Source: Azolla caroliniana (Eukaryota > Plantae > Polypodiophyta). Taken from it: a DNA stretch of 64,000 bases. The notes under the pieces were generated by a model. It worked only from the letters and a program-made list of their open reading frames with translations, was not told the origin of the DNA and ran no database searches. Below are positions 52,978 to 64,000 of this stretch, piece by piece. The position numbers and the translations under genes are program-made. The stretch lies in NCBI GenBank assembly GCA_043228905.1, contig JBHGNT010000008.1, forward strand, positions 17,484,001 to 17,548,000, written 5' to 3'. How positions within the stretch are numbered: position 1 is the first letter of the stretch; every line of letters begins with the position of its first letter.

Positions 52978-53569
52978 AGTTGATTGAGGATGAGAAGTTC
53001 TAGAGACTCAAAGTTGTCTTTTTTGTTGTCCTAAATTCATGAATCCACAATGTTAAATGTGTGAATAAGGAAATCATGTGATGTAACAATGAAGGAAGAA
53101 ATTGTTTGAATGATAGGCATAAGCAAATGGCAAATCTGAATGGAAGATAGTTTGCCTACGCAAATGGCATTCCATCCCCATCAAGAGGAAAAAATTGTTA
53201 TTCATTAGAAATGAATTATAAAACAACACATAATCACGGAACTTTTACCTGTGATGCCAACGTGCTCCTGTATGAAGACACTATTCTTTGATAAGTCACC
53301 ACAAGCTATCAATGTCTCTATCTGCCACAACATTGTTGTATTAATGAAGGGATAGACACACATATACCCAAACCACATTATACTATAGTCTATTATGCAT
53401 ATAAGTTGATGGAATCTGTGTTTTGATGAATTGAATGGGAAAAAGTCCAAGATACTTGTTCCAAAATCTCAAGAGTGACTGCGACAATTTAATGAGATAT
53501 CATGACTAGGAAATAGATGTAAAGAGTGTCACAATTGTATGCATCAGGAATCATACATGCATACAATAC

Positions 53570-53700
53570 AATACAAACACACACATACATACATACATAC
53601 ATATATACATACATACATACATACATACATACATACATACATACATACATACATACAATACAATACAATACATACATATATGTATGTATATGTATGTATA
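53570..53700. repeat. (TACA)n microsatellite
   Basis: Visible tetranucleotide run. Confidence 0.95.
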
Positions 53701-55079
53701 TGTGCATATATAATGTATGTGGTACAAAATTTGCTCACTTATTCTCTTCCTTTCTTTTTTGTGTGGCCAAAGGAAGGCACAAGATAAAGAATGAGATAAT
53801 GGCTTGCTGCTAAGAGCTGAGATTTAGCTCTTCCCCATCCCTCCGCTCTACCCCTCTCCATCTCACACAGAAGACATTCTCCAATGATGAGGTATTCCTT
53901 ATCTCCCTCTTCTTTCTTCTCCAAATGGGGAGGCCTTTTAATGGTTGGTTATGATTGCATTAATCAGCCATTAAAAGGCCTAGATTAAGCTTGATTTGAT
54001 GTGTATTCCATGACAATATGAATCATGATCAAGAATTAAAAATGTATCTATTGTATATAGTCTATGATTAGACAATCAAATTAACCCTAAAATATGAAAC
54101 TACCTTTAATATGTTCTATAATTTTATGATCAAAATTGCCTTAAATAAAGCTCTAGTTTCAAATTTTATGAAATTCTGGTCAAATTAGGCCAAAAATAAA
54201 ACTTTGGTTTATGCTCTCTCTGTGTGTACTTGATCAATTAACACTAAAATTTGAAAGCTTGAGTTTATTGTGTTATGTGATGATATTAGGCCTAAACGAA
54301 ATATTTACTACTCCTAGATGCATGAAACCAAAGCTAAATTTTGAATGGTTAATATTTATTAGAGGTAGAAATTGAACTCCATTTTGTCTCTAGAGGTGGA
54401 CCCATGTCCAGCCGCATGGCTTATTCCTCCCCCTAACTTATCATCACATTTCATCAATGTCAGAGCTCAACCATCTATTGTTTCTGGCCTGAAGAAAAGC
54501 ATTTGTCCCAACCCTCAAAAGTTATCAAGGATAACAGCAAATCTAGTAATAAAAAAGCCAATCGATTTTTGTCGAAGATGCACGCCTCACTCATTCGTAG
54601 GATTTCTGATCTCACCAAACAACGTCAACTCAATACGGTAAAGTTATGCTTTAAAGGAAGTAATTGTTCATTAACGCGTGTTAAATTATCTAAAATTTGT
54701 TGGAATCATTCTCACTAATATGGTATGAATTAGGCTAGGATTCAGTATGCTTCACACACTGATACAACTTGTCATAATTACATAATTACACAAACTAAAT
54801 AATTGTAATTCATCATAAATATAGTAGATATTGATAGTCTGTGTAACATCAAGATGATGGTAAATCACCAATTTAGCGAAATTTTCACCACTAAAAATTT
54901 CTCATAGAAATGAAGAAACACCTCAAAAGAATTTATGCTCACTGAGAGTTGATCCTATATAATACTATAATGATTAGCTTCAACTTGAAGCTAATCATGA
55001 TGATATTTTACCATAGATAGGCTTTGAGCGGGGGGGAGCAAACTTCCTTACAAGAGGCAGTCAATCAACAGCCTAGAAG

Positions 55080-57460
55080 GTCAACTAGAGAACGAAAACC
55101 ATCTATAAGGTATCCTCGTTTATATTATGTCTTTATCTCTGATGAGTTGGAGCATGAAAGTTATTATGATGTTTTAAACCATAAGGATAAGGATGATTAG
55201 ATAAAAGCCATGCATGATGAAATGAACTTGTTAAAAAAAAAAAATACCTTAGATTTAGTTGAACTTCCCAAGGGAAGAAAAATCTTGAAAAATAAATGGT
55301 AACCTTGTAGAACATAAGGTTTGTTTAGTTGTAAAAGGTTTCGGCCAAAAGAAAGGTATTGATTTTGATAAAAACATATCACGAGTTGTGAAAATGAGTT
55401 CTATTTGAGTTGTTTTAGGTTTGGTAGCCACTTTAAATCTTGAGATTGAGCAACTTGATGTAAAGACTACTTTCTTGCATGTAGACTTGAAAGAAGAGAT
55501 CTACATGGAACAATCGGAGGGGTTCAAAGAGAAAGGAAAGGAGCATATGGTATGTAAGCTAAGAAAAAGTCTTTACGGCCTAAAACAAGAACCAAGACAA
55601 TGGTATAAAAGGTTTGATTCATTTATGGTGAGTCAAAACTACACCAAGACTAATGGAGATCATTGTGTGTATGTTAGGCACTTTTCTAAAGGTTATTTTA
55701 TAATTCTCTTATTGTATGTTCATGATATGATAATTCAAGGACAAGATGTAGACAATATCCACAAGTTAAAGGTTGATCTATCTAAGTCCTTTGACATGAA
55801 AGATCTAGGCCATGCTAAACATATTTTAGGCATGAAAATTACTCACAATAGGGAATGTGGAAAGTTGTGGCTTTCTCAAGAAAAATACATAGAATGAGTA
55901 TTTTTGTTTTTCTAAAAAAACACTACTTCACATTAGTTAGCAAACGAAGTACATCAAAGTTCAACCATATTCAGCAAAACTCACACTTCTCCACACAAAA
56001 CTAAACATAATCCTCACCCCGTCATTTTCAACAAAAGTATCCCCTCGACCGGATATGGATAACAGGTATTAGAGAGGTTTAATATGGATAATGCAAAACC
56101 GGTAAGTACCCCACTTGCTAACCATTTTAAATTATGTAGAAAAGATTGTCCACGTACCGAGCAAGAGAAAGAAGAGATGTCTTCAATTCGTTACTCTTCA
56201 GCGATTGGCTCGTTGATGTATATTATGGTTAGCACAAGGCCAGATATTGGTCATGTTGTTAGTGTTGTAAGTAGATATCTCTCCAATACGGGTAAGTCTC
56301 ATTGGAATGTCGTAAAATGGATCTTTCGATATTTAAGAGGTACATTGAAATTATGCTTATGTTTCGGAGATTCTAAACAAACTCTTGAAGGTTTTTTAGA
56401 TGCGGATATAGCAGGGGATCTTGATGGGAGAAAATCTACTTTGACTTACTTATTTACATTTGCAAGGGGAGCCGTATCATGGCAATCTAAGTTGTAAAAG
56501 TGTGTTGCTTTGTCTACAACAGAAGCGGAATATACTGCAACCACTAAAGCTACCAAAGAGATGTTATGATTGAAAAGGTTTGTTTCATATTTGGGTTTAA
56601 GTAAACTAACTTATGTGATCTTCTGTGACAGTCAAAGTGCAATAGATTTGAGCAAGAGCTCGATGTACCATTCGCACACGAAACATATTGATGTAAGGTA
56701 TCATTGGTTGCACTCGACAATTGAAGATCAACTTCTACAACTCAAGAAAATTCACACGGATGAGAATGTTGTTGACATGTTGATGAAGGTAGTCTCAAAA
56801 GAAAAGCTTGAGCTATGTGTCAAGCTTGCTGGAATGAACACAAACTAAGTGGCTCAATGGAATCTTCTCATATGTGGCTAGAGAGGGATATTGTTAGGTT
56901 TTCTATCCACATTTTTCGAGTGTAAATGGGCCTAGGACACCCAAAAACTTGTATGTTAAATTATAGTGTGAAAAGGGGTCAAACTAAGATGGAGTTACAC
57001 ATCTATACTCACTTTTTGAGAGTGAGTTAAGAAGAAGAAAACAAGCATTTTTTTGCAAGACGAAAAACAGATTTTTGAGACCTCATACTCTCAGTCTTGG
57101 CTTGCTCCTTCAGCGATCTTGAGTACACCGTTAAACGCCAATGTCTCATACATCACCGCCTCCATTATCAACCATGTGTTGTGAGTTTTTTGTGATTGTT
57201 TTGGCTCCTTTAGTTGTTGAGGAAATCTCATATTCCTTTCTTTCTCATAGTACTGTAACTTTTTTAGAGTAGAACTTTGGTCTATAAGATTTACATTGAT
57301 AGTGAATTATTTCTGGACTAGGTCCTATGGTTTTTACCTCTTTGAGGTTTTTCCACATTAAAAATTTGTGTTGTATTTTGCATTGTGTTTGTTGTGTATC
57401 ATTCTTGTTTCCTTTGAATAATCTCACATAAGTGATTAACTGCTATTAAGTTTTCGATCA
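55080..57460 (+). mobile_element. Ty1/copia 3' half (RT, RNase H, PPT, 3' LTR from 56892)
   Basis: QLDVKTTFLH, SLYGLKQ, LLYVHDM, TKHIDVRYH; PPT GAGAGGGA at 56881-56888, then TGTTAGG. The right LTR end is approximate. Confidence 0.88.
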
Positions 57461-57714
57461 TTCTTATTATACTACTAGCTCCAAGCCCAACAATGGCAGC
57501 TAGGCGGCCATCGTCACCTTGGCCTCTATGGCCAACTCCCTGGGCTCAATATGCAGGGCATGTCCATCACTCGCATCGACTTCCCGCCCAATGGCGGACT
57601 CAACCCTCCCCACGTTTGCACGCATGCCATGGAGGTGCTCTTCCTAGCACAAGGCACACTCAATCTGAAGTGGACGCGCTCACTGCCAGCGTGAAGAAGG
57701 TCAACGTATCTTGA
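57461..57714 (+). pseudogene. germin-like protein pseudogene fragment with internal deletion
   Basis: RIDFPPNGGLNPPHV...QGTL joined directly to QSEVDALTASVKK; followed by a GLP-type 3' flank. Confidence 0.9.
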
Positions 57715-58335
57715 ACATACAATAGCAAGCGGCACATGCATGAAGCTCATCATCTCTGTACCATCCATCTATCCACTCATTGTTAAATCGATTCAATGAT
57801 AGATTTTGGGCATCAATAAATAATCACATGCATCATTGGGCCACCTTTGTAATCCTCCTTCATAAATGGTCAAATTAGTCATTCCAATCTATCTTTCTCG
57901 TTTTTTTGTGAAAACAAACAATTATAGTAAAAATGAGTGTAAAAAACACTCCAATTCCACGGTAAATAGTTCTGCCCCAAATGTTGTGTCACCAAGCGAA
58001 CCATTTGTACTACTATTATCACACCTGTACACCCTCTTGTAAGTATACATATATGTACTAGAAGATGCCCTAATTTTAGCATTATCACCATTCGAGAGCA
58101 CTCTTCGCATGATTCTTGGAGTGGAGTGTATGAATAAAGTATATAACAGATTTTGTATAAACATTGGGTGTTGATTCAACAAATGTGTAGTGGTACAACA
58201 AGTATGTCAATTCCATTCTAGTAGTCTTTCTTTCTAATGAGATACAATGTCTCTTCTTCAATCAAGTCTATAGTTATTTAATTCTTTTATTATTGTAATA
58301 TTATTGTTTATTTCAACATTATGTCGTTTTTATGC

Positions 58336-58374
58336 ATCCCACATACCAAGGCAACATGACACCGGGGCTATAAA
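58336..58374 (+). promoter_or_regulatory. snRNA promoter: USE (ATCCCACATAC) and TATAAA
   Basis: Matches the plant USE RTCCCACATCG at 58336-58346; TATA at 58369-58374. Confidence 0.85.
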
Positions 58375-58402
58375 TTGAAGCCAGAAGCCAAATTGTACCT
58401 TC

Positions 58403-58533
58403 ATTAGGATGGCGTGGGTTCAGCACAAAGTGAATTATTCTTTCGCCTTTTACTAAAGAATAACGTGTGCTCCTCCTACCTCAAACGCCCTCACCCTAAT
58501 TTTTGGTAGGGAGGCTCTCAATAGAGCTTCCCA
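58403..58533 (+). ncRNA. U5: U5 spliceosomal snRNA
   Basis: Invariant loop 1 TTCGCCTTTTACTAAAG in the stem TATTCTTT/AAAGAATA; Sm site AATTTTTGG; 3' hairpin GGGAGGCTCT-CAAT-AGAGCTTCCC. Confidence 0.93.
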
Positions 58534-60239
58534 CTATCAGATGTTAAGTAAACAAATTAAAATCCCTACCATTGCCACCTCTTTGCACTTGAGCCATTCT
58601 CACTTCAAGTAAGTGGTGTGCTTGTCCAAACCTTGTGAATCTTGGTAACGAACCACACAACAGTTTATATAGGTATAATTTATAAACATTGGCTTGCTTT
58701 GACTATTTTCTTGTTAGTTTGCCTCAATAGGGGTTCTTTTCCCTTCTTAAACTTTCATTAACACTTTTCCTTCTCTTGTTAGATTGCTTGCTATCCATAT
58801 TACAATGATGGCTCAATGGAAACTTCACATCGACTTATGGTCAACAACACAACCACAATGAATTGCTAGTCATCAAAATGTATCCATATTTTAGCCAACA
58901 TCTTTGTCCAATTGATAAGACAAACCAAATGATAAGGCAAGCTTGTAATATTGAAGTGATGAAAGAGAAACCAAAAGGGAAGAGAGGTCTAACAAAGTTC
59001 TATGCATAGTTTATTTGAAGCATTTTTTTTAGATTCTCCAAATGGAAACGCATGGATGTCTCTATATGGACATAGATGGATGTAGATTGCAAACATGATT
59101 TTGTCTAATGGTCCCAAAAGAAAAGTGTCATATTTTTCAAATGTTGTTTCTATACAAAGCCATGATATGTATTTTGAGCTTTAGTTTGATTGCTTTAGTT
59201 TTAAAAACTTTGATATTGACACTTGAAACATCCTTCATTGGTATGCATGATGTATGATCTCCACGTGATGGTATTGATACCTCAATTGTTTTCCATAATG
59301 TATGATAACAATAATTCAGTTTTAAATGAAAGTTATAGGCCACTTAGGCTTTACTAATTCTTGCTTTACATGAAGTTTTTCATCCTTCATTAACTTATAT
59401 TGTATATAGACCAATGCCATGGGCGTTGTTTTGGTTAAGGGGTTCACAAGTAAATAATTGAAGAGTTTGCTCTTGATGTATTTGGTAGATGAAAACACAT
59501 CATTGTCTTGTGTACATGATGTTCTCATTGTTTTTGTGAAAGAACTCTCGATTGGTTATTTTTTAACTCATTCTCTTGTGAGCTCTTTTTAATTGGCCTC
59601 AACACATGAAATTTATGGACTCAATTCGCTAATGTGTCATACATCAATGTTACTTATTAGGGGCATGGATATCAACCATGGGTGTAGTGTCGTATGCCCC
59701 CTCACATGCCACCAGTGATTCCATTACATATACACAATGCACTAATAGTTCTACATCTCACAAAATTACAAATGATGTACTTTGTCATTGTAACACCCTC
59801 AAGTTCACATCAAAGGATAATATGAAGAAAACAAATTGCCTTGTAAGCCAATGGTTTGTGTTATCATAGTAAGTAATCATCAAGATATGTCATCTCGTTG
59901 TAAGGTGACAATCCTTGTTGCAAAATGGAGTGTGCTTGAAGACAAAAACATTTAGTGATATAACTACAATTGCTTACTTTGTTTGAGTATCTACATATGT
60001 TTGTGCCATCCAAATTGGATCAACAAATTAATAAAATCAAAAACCTAGTAGCATCACCTCACATTCCTCAGAAAACTAAGAATATATTGTATCATCCATT
60101 GTCTTATCCTAGTAAACATATCTTGATAATTCGATTGCATTATGCATGAGCACATACTGAATGACTTGTTTAATCCATGGCTTTATCCATATACTACTAA
60201 ACTACTTGTTTAATCCTTATGTCATAATATATAAAAGTT

Positions 60240-60510
60240 GCTAATTGAGATTTAGATGAATCCTCATTGTTTCATCAAGGATTGTTCTATAGATTTTACA
60301 ATCTCACTCCTTAAAGACAATTCATCAATCAAATTTATTTTTGACACTTGTGGTACATGAAAACCAAATTGCCTTGTCGATTTAATTTTGAGATTTGGAT
60401 GAATCCTCATTATTTCATCAAGGATTGTTCTACACATTCTACAATCTCCCTCCTTAAAGACAATCAATTTTATTTTTGAGACTTGTGGTACATGAAACCA
60501 AATTGTCTTG
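60240..60510. repeat. ~144-bp tandem repeat in the U5 downstream flank
   Basis: GAGATTTRGATGAATCCTCATT...CCTTAAAGACAA...ACTTGTGGTACATGAAA occurs twice, with related copies near 60630 and 61315. Confidence 0.75.
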
Positions 60511-60826
60511 TCGTCATAAGCCAACAATCTGTGTTTTCATGGTAAGGAATCATCAAAATACGTCTTGTCATTATAAGTTGCCGATTCTATAAATGAATCA
60601 TATACAAACTTTGCAAGATTTATTTTTAAGTTTGGGATGAATCCTCATCTCCAATCAATTTACATATCCATTATTTTAATAAACATTGTAATATATAAGT
60701 ACAATTTATATATATATATATATATATCCATTTACATTCCTTAAAATGTAATATTATTCCTAAGAATGTTTTCTTCAAAACTAGGAAAGCAACAGTTTGG
60801 CATTCTTCTTTTACATTATTTAAAGC

Positions 60827-60956
60827 AGGAAGCTCTATTGAGAGCCTCCCTACCAAAAATTAGGGTTAAGGCGTTTGAGTTAGGAGGAACACACAGTATT
60901 CTTTAGTAAAAGGCGAAAGAATAGTTTGCTTTGCGCTCAACCCACGCCATCCCAAT
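60827..60956 (-). ncRNA. U5: U5 spliceosomal snRNA
   Basis: Loop 1, Sm site and 3' hairpin on the minus strand; TATA at 60985-60990; USE at 61014-61024. Confidence 0.92.
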
Positions 60957-61493
60957 GAAGAGAGTTTGTCTCAAATGTCTTCAATTTATAGTTGCTGGAG
61001 TGAATTTGCCTTTCTATGTGGGATGTATAACACAACTTCAATTATTGCCTTCTTTCTTTATTCTCCATGACTGATTCTATTATTCCTTTCAATGCAAAAA
61101 TCATGATCCTTTTCAACATTTTACTATTGGTTTTTATTATATTCGTTTTTGCCATTTGTATCCAAATTCATATTTGCAAGCTCTCATTCCCTAGAAAACA
61201 ACAAATCAACAACATCAAAAATCTCACATTGCCCAATCCATGACTTTATCCACAGACTACTAAATTACCTAGTTTAATCCATCATACGTTATTTCATATA
61301 CAGAATCTAATTTTGAGATTGGGATAAATCCCCATTCAATTTAAATATCTATGATTTCACTAAGCATTGTTCTATGCATTCCACTATCTCACTCCTTTAA
61401 AAGAAATATAATAGCTAATATCAATTGCTTCAAATCAAATCATCTAGTAGTAGTTCAATGTTCATGATATACTTCTTTTATTTTATTTTATGA

Positions 61494-61624
61494 TGGGAAG
61501 CTTTGATGAGAGCCTCCCTCCCAAAAATTAGGGTTAGGGCGTTTATGGATGGAAGAGCACACGGTATTCTTTAGTAAAAGGCGAAAGAATAGTTCGCTTT
61601 GTGCTCAACCCACGCCATCCCAAT
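61494..61624 (-). ncRNA. U5: U5 spliceosomal snRNA (closest to the plant consensus)
   Basis: GAGCACAAAGCGAACTATTCTTTCGCCTTTTACTAAAGAATACCGTGTGCTC; Sm site; TATA at 61652-61657; USE at 61681-61691. Confidence 0.95.
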
Positions 61625-62429
61625 GAAGTCAACCACTATCAAATATCTTGATTTATAGCTCTTGGAGCGACATTGCCTTTCTATGTGGGATGTATACCAC
61701 AACTTCAATTACTGCCTTGTTATTTTATTCTTCATGATCCGATTGTATTATCTCTTTCACTACAAAATCATGATCCGATTGTATTATCTCTTTTACGGAA
61801 TAACCACATGTGTAGGGATTTTTTTACTGCGGGAAACATTGCATCTCTTATGGTAATTCATGTAACGTGGAGGCTTGAATTATGTGCTCAATGTCACAAC
61901 ATGCACATAATCTACGTACCATCCATCCATCCACCGATTTCGTAATATATACTATGGTCGCCATTTGAATGAATAATTACATGTGTCGTGGTTTTACTTA
62001 GATTCAATAAAACCAAGGGCCCTCATGCATGTTCCATACTTATTATTGTACTTTATGATATGTGCACACATTCATAGAGCAATCCATACAAACACAGTTT
62101 GTTATTCTGTGTCTTCAAAGGTCAAATCTCACCTATGGAACCGAAAGTGAATAATTCTGGGGAAGTGTATTTCGAACCAATTGAATAGATAGCGTGTCAT
62201 GATGTTCACGAATTTTACATGTCAATGTTGCAATTGGGCTTGTACTCCGTGATTGTTATACAAAGGGGAATGTGTGTTGGAAGCGAGCAAGATTGATAAT
62301 GTGCATTCGATAACATGAAAATCAAATGTGATTGAAAGGAGCACATTGTATCGAAGTGTGATACTCTTGAGTCGTGCACTTGGTTCATGTGAAAAAATGC
62401 ATAGTTGATGATTCTCCTAGCCTATGCCT

Positions 62430-62617
62430 ACAAGAAGAATCGTGCGCTGGCCATCGCGGTCCTGAACAAGCAGAATCTAGGGGTCTCTCAGCTTGTTGTG
62501 GCCCTCTTTGTTGCTAACCCACCACTGCCTGGCATATTGCTTCAGAATACGTTCAGCATCGGCTAGTCTGAAGTGGATGCCCTGACCGCCAGCGTGAAGA
62601 AGGCTACCGTAACTTGA
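62430..62617 (+). pseudogene. 3' fragment of a recent duplicate of the first GLP gene
   Basis: KKNRALAIAVLN...SEVDALTASVKKATV with two TAG stops; 3' flank nearly identical to 15099-15355. Confidence 0.92.
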
Positions 62618-62723
62618 ATACCTATACTCTAGTATGAACGTACAATATAGCAAATAAACCTCATCATCCTTATACCATCGACCTTTGTAGCTATCCATCT
62701 GTCCGCTGGAATGAATTCGATTT

Positions 62724-62760
<37 letters not shown>

Positions 62761-62816
62761 GCTCACAATAATCACTTCGTAATCTTCCGTTATAAATAGT
62801 CAAATTAGTCATTATG

Positions 62817-63778
62817 TGATGGGAATATGGAGCGGAATCGGGATGATTAAAATTTCAAACACAATTAACACTTGATAAACAATAGATGAAACCACAAGAC
62901 GAAAATGAGAGAGTACACTGAGATTTAATGTGGAAAACCCAAAATCGGGAAAAACCACGAGAACCTTAGGTTCCGAAACAAATTCACTATTTTTTGAGTA
63001 TACAAGGTGTTGACATCCTCTAGAGCTTACTCTAGAGATATGCACATATATTTCAAGGCTACCGCCTTGGATACAATATTCACCCTACCAGATAGGATAA
63101 ACAACTGAAAAAAAAACCAAAAACACAGAACAAATAAACCTGTTGCAAGTGGACAGAAGAGTTGTTGTGACTCTTTTGGGTAGTCCAAATAGCACCTCGC
63201 TAGATCTCCGGCTTTACACTTGCAACAAGTTTTCGTTCTCCATCACCCTGTTCTCGAGCTCTCACACTTGTTTATGTTTTCTTGCAGAAGCTTTGTTGTG
63301 TTTTTCTCACACACCTCTTCTTCTCGAATCTCTATTTTTCCAGCCTTAGTTTTGTTCACTCCTGTGCAGTTTTTCTCTGTAACGCGCTCTGTTTTCTCTG
63401 TCTTTCTCTCAATTTTTCCCTGTATGCATTTTTCTGTCTATGGCTTCTTTTTATTAGCCTTTTTGGAGTAAGGTCTCCTCTTTTCATATCTGCATTCACA
63501 CAGACATACAAAAACACACACACACACACACAAGAAGAAGAAAGGACACATAAAAAACGTACATATATATATATATATATTAATAAACATATAACCTTTT
63601 CCTTTCTTTAGCTCTAAGTCGATTCGACATCCAGCCGAATCAACGCTCAGCCTGAATTGACGCCCAGCCGATTCAACACTCAACCCAAATTAGTACCCAA
63701 CCGATTCGACACTAAGTTGGTAGCTGGCTCTCAGCCAACTCCATGTCATGGGCTCCACTTGAGTGGATAGACCCAACA
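62817..63778 (-). mobile_element. solo LTR, 962 bp
   Basis: TGATGGG...CCCAACA with TTATG TSD (62812-62816, 63779-63783). The empty site is visible at about 15273 in the paralogous flank. Confidence 0.92.
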
Positions 63779-63786
63779 TTATGTAT

Positions 63787-63843
<57 letters not shown>

Positions 63844-63867
63844 TGAAAATAAACAAAGTACATATGG

Positions 63868-64000
63868 TGACGGGAACCCAACGTTCCTTATGCGCAATGC
63901 TCGGCCACAACCGAGCTTAGAATGATACACAGAAAACGGGAAATAAAACGCGACACAAAGAAGGAGAGAATATGCAGGAGGTTTACGTGGAAAACCCCAA
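63868..64000 (-). mobile_element. end of another LTR, related to 1-261
   Basis: Begins with TG where identity to the GLP flank stops. Its reverse complement shares CTCGGTTGTGGCCGA and GGTTTTCCACGT with 1-261. Confidence 0.65.

Noticed and set aside
53489-53813. Low-complexity ORFs (also 8165-8389, 38461-38745, 63690-63930)
   Set aside because: Translations of microsatellites.
58330-61720. Three ~200-bp inverted/direct repeats first read as Mutator-like TIRs
   Set aside because: They contain U5 loop 1, an Sm site, USE and TATA, so they are snRNA genes.

Overview
Repeat-rich eukaryotic DNA from a land plant; the element types suggest a non-seed plant such as a fern (inference). The host content is a germin-like protein (GLP, cupin) cluster and three U5 snRNA genes with USE/TATA promoters. 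The cluster has two intact, intronless, convergent genes (14364-15098 +, 17403-18113 -), at least three GLP pseudogene fragments, and orphan promoter and 3' flank copies. Most of the rest is nested transposon debris: two Tcn1-like Ty3/gypsy chromoviruses, a tRNA-Met-primed chromovirus, several Ty1/copia relics and solo LTRs, two LINEs, hAT relics and a hAT-type MITE. The most unusual object is a 5.78-kb cut-and-paste DNA transposon (29419-35201; 35-bp TIRs, 4-bp TACC TSD). It carries a Sola-like DDD transposase and, on the opposite strand, a four-intron gene for a ParB-like domain fused to a bacterial-type beta-class DNA amino-methyltransferase (N6-adenine or N4-cytosine); this copy is decayed. 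The Tcn1-like LTRs show a self-priming PBS, heat-shock-element arrays and tRNA-like A/B boxes, and both elements have a conserved -1 frameshift pseudoknot. All family assignments are by motif recognition, without database searches.
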